NCBI GenBank assembly: GCA_048213135.1
Contig: PS015026.1
Coordinates: 137,275-157,410 of the forward strand
Reading direction: 5' to 3'
Length of the DNA stretch: 20,136 nucleotides
Source of the DNA: Reclinomonas americana ATCC 50394
Taxonomy: Eukaryota
Below the pieces are notes generated by a model, which was not told the DNA's origin, did not search any database, and was given only the letters and a program-made list of their open reading frames with translations. This document shows positions 12,178 through 20,136 of this stretch, piece by piece (position 1 is the first letter of the stretch; every line of letters begins with the position of its first letter). Made by a program: the position numbers and the translations under genes.

Positions 12178-12408
12178 CTGTTGTCGACCGTGGCCACTCG
12201 TGAGCTGGTCCATGCCGTGGTGGAAATGAGTGGCGTTCTGGCGCTGGTCGACTTCTTCTTGTACCTGGGTGCCTTCTTCACCGAGATGAACCTGCAAAAG
12301 CCGGTGCGGTGCCTGACCATTGCCGATCGCTTGCTGGGAGTGGAAGAGTTCGACATTCGGGCACAGCGCAAGGAGTACGCCAGAGCCACAGGAGGTGCCA
12401 GTCGGTGA
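12178..12408 (+). CDS. C-terminal part of an RDD-family membrane protein
   Basis: LLSTVATRELVHAVVEMSGVLALVDFFLYLGAFF...RCLTIADRLLGVEEFD matches the RDD C-terminal pattern (xxRE, hydrophobic helix, TxxDxxxG). Composition is unlike the polyQ ORF before the gap. Confidence 0.7.
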   Translation: MLSTVATRELVHAVVEMSGVLALVDFFLYLGAFFTEMNLQKPVRCLTIADRLLGVEEFDIRAQRKEYARATGGASR

Positions 12409-12720
12409 GACGCGTAGCTACGTAGGAAGAGAGGCGATGCGTGTCGCGTGTGTAGACGGGCACATGCAGAATCCAGAGAGATTGTTGGATGTAATTCAAT
12501 TGGTGATTGGTTGTTATTTTTTGTTTCTGAGCGAGAAAAACTAACGAGCTGATTGTGTGGCAAAAGAGATTAGGAGTGCCAGCGGGTGCACACTATTCTA
12601 TACATAACAGAGTGGCACCACGGAGAGAAAAAGAACACTGACAAACGAAGAAAGGGAGAGGGGGGGGTGGTAGCGAAAAATCGACGACGACGACCATAAC
12701 AATATCGACGTGGGAGTGAG

Positions 12721-12811
12721 TTAGTGACGCTGACGCTTCTGCGGCGGCGGCGGAACCGCGTATGCGGCAAGCTGACTGCCGAGTGCGCCACCCATGTGCA
12801 TGCGTCGGTCG

Positions 12812-12844
<33 letters not shown>

Positions 12845-13892
12845 GCATCCCCATGACGGGCATCGTCAGTGGTGGAGCCGATAAACTCGGCGTTTTCGTC
12901 GTCGTCGTCCACGGCGTCGCCAAAAGCACGGCTGTACGCACGGCGTCGGCTGGACACTTGCTTTTCGCGAGTGCCTTCGTCATCATCAATGGCCAACAGC
13001 TCGTCGTCGTCCAGGCTGCGCCCGCCCGACTGTTGCAGCTGATGGTGATGATGCAGTTGTTGCTGGTGGTGATGGTGTTGTTGTTGTTGCTGCTGCTGCT
13101 GCTGCATGTGAAGATCATGCATGTAGCGCAGGTGCTCCTTGCCGTCAACGTCGGCGCCGGTGGAGTACGAGTCGGCAGCCGCCAGAGACGGGGGAGGACG
13201 GTGGCAAAAGGCCAGTCGATCGTCACTCGCGCCACCGCTCTGATCTGAGGAGGCGGCACCAGCGTGCGAGCTGCGCGAGCGGCGACTGCCCAGTGGGTTG
13301 CCGGCGCGGTTGTAGATTTTGCCCTGTGCATGCACCCACTGTCAGCAACCATGACAGATACAAGAGGCATCTCAATACAGAAGAAAGAAAACTCAACGGT
13401 GCGCTTGGTGCGACGCTGGAACAGGCGGAAGACGGTGGAGACGGCACACAGGCGTCCATCCACCTCCAACACGAAGCGCATGTACGGGCAAGTGGCGCCC
13501 GGCAGACGGCTGATGCGGAACACAATGGTCACAAAGGAGCTCTCACCACTGCCGGCCTTGGCGGAGGCACCCGACGAGTACGACAGCGGCATCTGCCTGC
13601 CCGGCGAGTCGGCCACCGGTGTGCCCGCCGCCGACGACACAGAGCGTGACGGCTTCTTGGCGCCGGGCGCCAGGTTCCATGACAGCTGCACCTCGTGGGT
13701 GGAGTCCAACATACCGGCCAAACTGGACGGGAGAATTCCCCCGACACCACCCGGTGTGCCGGCCAGCGAGCCACCAGAGGAAGAGCCGGCGGAGGCCATG
13801 TGCGGCGGCAGCAGCGCGCCATGCAGCAGGCCGTGCTCCGGCGCCATCTCCACACGGAACACCACTCGGGATGGCTCACCCAAGTATGGAAT
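12721..13892 (-). CDS. C-terminal part of a polyQ/H, poly-Asp putative transcription factor (exons 13892-13398, 13323-12721)
   Basis: Acceptor gtgcgtag precedes IPYLGEPSRVVFRVEM. A beta-rich block FVTIVFRISRLPGATCPYMRFVLEVDGRLCAVSTVFRLFQRRTKR is followed by Q/H and D tracts and a terminal PPQKRQRH (NLS-like), then TAA. Confidence 0.7.
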
Positions 13893-13970
13893 CTACGCAC
13901 AAAAATGGGATCGATATCAATCATGAGTGCTCCCACTCAACACACACACGNNNNNNNNNNNNNNNNNNNN

Positions 13971-14919
13971 CGCCTGCACGTTACACGTTCTTCAGCTGAC
14001 GACAACTCGGAGGAGGAGACAACTCCACACACACACACACACACACCTGCGGCGGCTTGCTCGGATCCGTCAGTTCCTCAGTAGACGCCACACCAATGCC
14101 CATCATGCGCTGCTTGACCACGGCACCGACCACGTACGACAAGGCCGCAAACGACACACACGTGATCAGAACACGATTCGGCAGCGCCTCCGCTCCCTGT
14201 CGTGCACCACCGACTCTCGCCTGCGCCGGTGCATCCATTGCCACTCCCAGCCGCAACATCTCCTCCTCTTCCACGCGACTCCGATGCAGGAACGTAAGGA
14301 AGGACACGAAAGCAAAGGCCAACACCGAGGTGACGATCCACGAGCTGCTTGCACACAACAACGATGAAATGAGGACCGCAGCAGTGACGGGAAGCGATCA
14401 GTGCACGCAACAGAAAGCGTGCCAGCAGTCGCTTGAACATGCTTGGTGGACGGATCTTGATCTTGGTCGGTGGCACAGGTGGAGGCGGAGGCAGCGCCAC
14501 ATAGGTGACTGCCACTGGCGGTGGCATTACGCCGGGTGTGGGCAGTGCAACGGGAGGCGGTGCACTGACACCCACACCCACAGAGGCCGCCACTGAAGCA
14601 GCAGCAGCGTCGACACCACTGCAGGCGAGAGTGAGGAGAGAGCAAGAAGAGTGTGACCGAACACACACACGAAACGATGATGGTGGCGACGGGGGAGAGG
14701 GAGGCACTGCGGCTGCGGTGCTATTGTTGCGCGCGGGGAGCAGCAGCAGAGAACGCACAGTGGTGGTCTGTGGCGCAGGGTGGTTACGTGCAGACAGTGT
14801 GAACAGTGTGCGCACGTGCGGCACTGTCAGCGCACTGCGAGGCACACACAGCGAGGGTGAGTGGCGGTCTCTCGCGTGCGTGTGTGCGGGATGAAAAACA
14901 CTGACCGTGAGAACCACAT
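13971..14919 (-). CDS. N-terminal part of an RDD-family (FAM8A1-like architecture) membrane protein (exons approx. 14919-14906, optional 14767-14759, 14618-14412, 14344-14047, 13973-13971)
   Basis: Pro-rich N-terminus, then PSMFKRLLARFLSWIVTSVLAFAFVSFLTFL and LITCVSFAALSYVVGAVVKQRMMGIGVAS, resembling the RDD motifs RRLLARLID and GKRLMGIRVV. The start exon is uncertain. Confidence 0.65.
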
Positions 14920-15055
14920 GAGCTCTCCTCTTTGCAGCGCGATGAGAATAAAACCCTCCCGCCCTTTCCAACAGTTTTTTTCTGCTCACCGGAGAAGATG
15001 CATGCTGCTACTTGTGGAGCGAGTGGTGGTCGAGATTCACATTCTTTATAGACTA

Positions 15056-15345
15056 CTACTGCACTGGGTACCACAACATGTGGATCTCCGAGACCATGAT
15101 TTCGCAAAACGCATACTCGGCACCCTGTGCGGCGGACGAGTTAGTTTGAAGCAGGAGCACACTCACAACTCGAGTCGACTCACCATGGCGACAACCTGTT
15201 CCAGCACCTCCGCCAGATCGCTCTGCAGCACCGAGACCAGTCGCTGACGCTTCGTTGACTCCTCGGTGGGGAGCAGCAGCTTCGCCTCCGACCACAGCAC
15301 AGCCAGCAGGTTCTCAATCATGTCTGCCACACGACATGAGTTTTA

Positions 15346-15406
<61 letters not shown>

Positions 15407-15452
15407 NNNNNNNNNNNNNNNNNNNNNNNNNNNNNNNNNNNNNNNNACTAAC

Positions 15453-15509
<57 letters not shown>

Positions 15510-18500
15510 CTCGCAATCGAGCGACGCAACAAACAGTATTGTCGAGACCGCGACTCAATTCCGCGCTCTGCTGCTCCAGCTGCCGCTGCACCAGCGCCTC
15601 TAGATCGTGTGGTGGATATCGCATTGCAGATCCCTTGTCGCCGAACGCGATCTACGCAATACCCACCATTGAGCACACCATTTCCCTCCATCCATCCATT
15701 CTCCTGCTCACTCGCCCGTCACGCACCTTCATCATCTCCGCCTGGCTCAGATCATTTGCTTGCTTCTGCCGCACGTCCTCCAGTGCGCGCTTGAGCATCT
15801 CAAAGCGGTTCACCGCATACCGCAACGACTCGCGCATCACATCCGAGAGCGTCGGCTGCCGAGTGCTCACACCTCGGTGACCTGTACGATCGGCTCGTGA
15901 GGAAACAGAAGAGTATAAATGCGAGAGAAGCGGTTGCAGAAGTACATACCGAGCTCCAGCGCAAGTTGTGGCGGTGAAAAGAGCGGCTCCTTGGCTCCTG
16001 TTTGCGCCTCCCGCACTGTGTTCATCGTCAGTCATTGGGTGGACGACGTAGGAGGAATGGAAACGAAACACGTACCCATCACCACTTGCCGGCAGTGCGT
16101 AATCAAATTCTTGGTGATCTTTTCGCACAGACGAACCACTGTGCGATAGAACGGAGTGGTCACGCACACGGCATGGAACAGGATGCAGTTCACAAAAAAG
16201 AAGCCACGCACCAGCAGGCGCGAGCGTCGACGGGGAGGTCGACAGCAGTCGCACGTATCGCTCAAGAAGGGCAGGGAGTTGGCTCTCGTATTTGAGCAGC
16301 TTTGGCTTCAACTGTGTTTTCAAAAAAAAAAAATGAGCACGTAAAAAAGCCACACCCAGACCAGAGAGAGAGAGAGACGAAATGCGCAACATTCCGTCGC
16401 AGAGCACCCGCGGACAATAACCACAGCGAGGTGGCCTGGTAAATCATCTGCAAGGTGACAGTGTCGCTGGTCTCTTGCAGCTTGAAGGCGCGCGAGAACA
16501 GACTCGAGTGTTGCTCGATGAAATGTGCCACCTGTCACAGCATCACACGTCAGCGCAAGCGCACACACTCACAATGGCACACAATGCTCGCAACGGCATC
16601 CTGCGGCTTGACTGAATCGAATTTGGCCAGCTCCGACAGCAGAGTGAAGCACGCCGACAGATACCGCTCGTGTCGCTCCGCCACCGACATGTGGAACCCG
16701 TCTGCAGGAAAAAAACAGCATGATGAGTGCACAGCATTCTCGCTACGAGCGGCGGCGACACTTACCAGCAGTGCGCAGCGTGTGTGCATTCGGCGACCTC
16801 CAATCCGAGTGGATACGACGCAGGTACTTGGCACTGTTCAGCACCTCTACAGTGTTGCAGTTGCACAGCAGCTCCACACCGCTGTCCTTTTGCGCCAGCT
16901 GCGAGAGGAACGACAGGCGCGACTCGAACAATTTGAGCCAGTAGTCTGTGTGCGCATTCGTCTCGGTCGCGTCAGCAGTACGTCTCATGTGGGGAAAACA
17001 ACAAGACTCCGCACCAGACATCTCCTTCGTCGACTCCATCAATGCATTGTCCAGCTCCACCAGATCTGCAGGTGACATGAGCAACACTTACTACACCCCC
17101 AGTTCTCCGACACAAATGCGCTCACCATTGACGAGCTCAACCAGTGCATGCTGGTTCAAGTGGCGCAGCAGGTGCTCACGAGTCTGCAAGTCGAACAATG
17201 CGGAGAGTGCCGCATGCGCCACTGGCTTCCACTCGCGCGGGCCGTTGCAGCAGTCGGCACAAATCATGTCACACAATGCGTTGTCGTACTGCGTCAGGCG
17301 TGCCTGTTGCTCCGTCTCCAGATACACGGCGGCCGTCGGTGCACCGGCATACAACTGCTGCAGCACTGCGGATTCCTCCTTTGATTGTTGCGCCAAGTTG
17401 GCCGAGTATCTACCATGCACAGTGTGAGAGCGATTCGCAAGGCAACAGAGGGACGCTGTGGACGAGACCTGGAGTAGTGCATCAGCACCGTGTACAAACA
17501 GCCGCGGACGTCTGGGTGGAATTTGACTGAGGCGGCCAGTGCTGCCAGCAGCGCCTGCAGGAGGTCCACGCAGTCCTTGACCACGTTGGCGTTCTTCACC
17601 GCTGTAAATCCACATGAGGTAAGTTAAGAGACATGTGACTCTCGAGAGATATCATTCGCCACCCGACGAACCGTGACCCTCACTCTCGCGTCGCAGCTTC
17701 ACCATCAACACGATGCACGCCTCGCCGAACAGCTTGCGCAGATTCGCCGGCATGCTGTGCTCCGCCAGGTACACCAGTAGTCTCTGCAGCAGCTGGAACA
17801 CCACGCGGTACTGGTCCTCGGGTGGAATCTCCGTGAACCGCTTGGACAAGGTCACTTCCACGACCTGCTTCCATCCGCGGAAGAGATTCAGCACGTCGGC
17901 CTCAGCATCACTCGCCGAGTTCCACTGTGACGCAAAGGTGACCAACTGGCGAATCTCATCAGACGCCTGCGAGGTGCGTCAAACAAGTTAGCAACACGTC
18001 CTCTGCCATCGCAACCCACGCTCTCCGAATCTCGACTCACCTCCACCACACTGCGCTGCGTCTCGGCCAGCACACGGAAACACACAGCCAGAATCGTGGG
18101 GATGCTGTAACGCGTCTCGCCCATTTCCGACATCTGCGAAGCATGCAGAGTGAGTGCGGCAGCACACAAGCACAAGTGGGGCGCCAACTGAGAACGGAAC
18201 CTCCTTGCACGAATCGACATCCACCTCAAAGAGGATGCTCAGCCGTGGTCGCTCCGGCCGCGGGAACACCCCATACGGCAACGCCTCCAGCCACTGCAAC
18301 ATCTGGAACGAACCATGGTCGCGAGCCACATCCACAAACTGACTGCCGTACGACGACACTTCGAGTCTGCAAAGAGGGGAGAGTTGGCAAGGAGAGCGTT
18401 GAGAAGAGGAACGCACACGGCACGACGCACCTCTGCCACACGCTCTGGTACAATTGAGAAATCACGGTTGACACTTGTCGTCGCACATCGTCTCGTCGAT

Positions 18501-19168
18501 GGTCTGCGCACGAAAGCACACAAATGTCGCGCTCAGTGTACGAGGTATAACCATGAATACCAATGACAAATATAACGCACCGAGGAAGAGTGCAATCGCC
18601 GTGGTCTGGAACAAGTATCCGTGGCCGCGAATGCGCATCAGATCGGAAACGAATTCGGGACTGTCGAGGTCCAACGTCGGCAGCGGCAGAAGTGGACTGG
18701 CGAACAACTCGCCGAGAACGTCCGTCTGCAGCACACACTTTGGTTGGTCACCATACACTTAGCCCGTCTGACATGCACGCGCACGCAACATCTGACGCTT
18801 GCAAGTAGCCAAAGAGAGCCTCGGCCGTGTGGCGGTCTGCCGCAAACACCGACACGAGCTGCATGGCCAGTGCGTACAACTCGGGCTGCTCGCCTGCATC
18901 CGCCACGAGGATCTGCCGCACGGCGCGCAAACACGACTTGTCTCGGGTTGAACTCGAAGTCACTGCCGAGGAGAGCGCCGATCAACATCTCTGTCTCCTT
19001 GAGCACACACGCACAGAGTGATGGCACATATATTGCGCAACAGTAGTACTCGTCAGCAATGCCATCGTCGCGCATGAAGCCGCACAAAAAGTGCGACAGA
19101 GTGTATGTGTTTGGCTTGGCGCAGCGGATGAGGAACTTGAGGAGCCAGCCACGCATCTCCGCTTGAAC
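15056..19168 (-). CDS. NUP205: Nucleoporin Nup205/Nup192, C-terminal half (about 20 exons)
   Basis: Spliced segments resemble Nup205 in the expected order: MRGWLLKFLIRC...LSHFLCGF, FRGWKQVVEVTL, VRGCLYTVLMHY, LCDMICADCCNG...AALSAL, LFESRLSFLSQLAQKDSGVELL, VAHFIEQHS, YMIENLLAVLW. Stop TAG at 15056-15058. Confidence 0.85.
15349..15507. repeat. (CA)n microsatellite spanning a gap in a Nup205 intron
   Basis: Pure ca repeats on both sides of the Ns at 15407-15446. Confidence 0.95.
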
Positions 19169-19313
19169 CTGTGACAAATTATGAGTCGGTGGTGAGCATC
19201 CTGGGGNNNNNNNNNNNNNNNNNNNNNNNNNNNNNNNNNNNNNNNNNNNNNNNNNNNNNNNNNNNNNNNNNNNNNNNNNNNNNNNNNNNNNNNNNNNNNN
19301 NNNNNNNNNNNNN

Positions 19314-20105
19314 CTGTTGCGAGATGCGATGAATCAGCCGGATCACTTGCCCGAAACACTGCTGAAGCTCGTCGAGTCTGCGCTGGTCGGCACCGACCGC
19401 GTCGAGTTGCACGAGGGTATGTTTTGTCACCACGCTTCAGGCACACCGCACTGTTGTGTCGCTGACGATCTCCATTCAGGACGCTGGATGGAGGAGTATG
19501 TGTTGAATGCGCTGCGGCTGCTCGACTTTTTGTTGCGACGTCAGGACGCATTCCGTGAGCTGTCGAACCAGAACCGCGGAGGCGTGCCACTGCATAGTCT
19601 GGACGAGTGGATTGCTCGCCAGATGAAGTACGTGCGCAAACTCTTCCAGCTGGCCTCGTACCGCTACAATGCCGAGGTACTGTTTCGTCATGCAATCGAG
19701 TTCAATCCTGCCACTTACTTTTGTGCCCGAATGCAGGTCCGCCTCTATGCCGCCCGAGTCCTCTACTCGCTCTCCGATCAGCACCAGTCCATGTTCAGCT
19801 TCCTGTCCCTCATGTCGGAACATCCGCTCATTATTGCCGACCTGAACGACTCGCTGGAGGACGCCGATATCGCGTACGACATTTTCCCCGACGAGGCCGA
19901 CCAGACAGACTACGTCGCCTTCTCGAGTTGCGTGCGCGCTCTCTGTCTCTCATTCCCTCATTTGTTCCTCTGCTTCGCTCACGCACTGTTGCGTGCAGAC
20001 CAAGAGAAGACGGAGCGGTACACGCTGCAGCAGTATCGAGTGGGCGGCGTGGAGGTGCTGTCAGCCGATCTGCGGGAGGCCGATCCAGTGAGACAGCGGC
20101 AGCTG
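19314..20105 (+). CDS. NUP205: Nup205/Nup192 middle segment (exons approx. 19314-19416, 19480-19676, 19737-19926, 19999-20105), opposite strand to the rest of the gene
   Basis: MEEYVLNALRLLDFLLRRQDAFREL...LHSLDEW...VRLYAARVLYSLS...IIADLNDSLE resembles the Nup205 region immediately before the segment that starts at 19168 (-). It ends at a phase-0 donor, gtgagc, at 20106. Confidence 0.75.
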
Positions 20106-20136
20106 GTGAGCGCACGTGAAGTGTGAGGAGTGCCGA

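Noticed and set aside
11038-12408. Single 456-aa ORF in the ORF track
   Set aside because: It reads through Ns and joins a polyQ N-terminus to an RDD C-terminus that belongs to a different gene.
1764-19933. Reading the GTTGCG sites as non-canonical G|TT donors
   Set aside because: Keeping the G in the exon would need acceptors shifted off AG and would change conserved NSUN5 residues (TLKY to TLKC, FP to CP).
1764-19933. Introner-like mobile introns as the source of GTTGCG
   Set aside because: By eye the intron bodies share no sequence, terminal inverted repeats or target-site duplications beyond the donor hexamer.
19417-19998. Run of stop-free introns with lengths divisible by three
   Set aside because: Across the introns I measured, the 3n fraction is only modestly above one third, and short GC-rich introns often lack stops.
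1-20136. Alternative genetic code
   Set aside because: Predicted exons have no in-frame stops, and TAA, TAG and TGA are all used as terminators.

Overview
Gene-dense, intron-rich eukaryotic (protist-like, probably flagellated) scaffold segment using the standard code, with five N gaps (284-579, 11989-12177, 13951-13970, 15407-15446, 19207-19313). Manual splicing gives six genes: a three-HMG-box protein (+), NSUN5/Rcm1 rRNA m5C methyltransferase (-), a CFAP157-like coiled-coil protein (+), a polyQ putative transcription factor, an RDD-family membrane protein, and nucleoporin Nup205/Nup192. The most striking signal is a second major class of 5' splice site. About 17 of the roughly 57 introns I could place begin GTTGCG (G at +6, C at +5) and almost never have an exonic -1 G, while the ordinary GTGCGT/GTGAG-type donors nearly always do. 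Three genes (polyQ factor, RDD, Nup205) switch strand exactly at N gaps, so two contigs are probably inverted in the assembly. All gene models and counts are by-eye predictions without transcript data or database searches.
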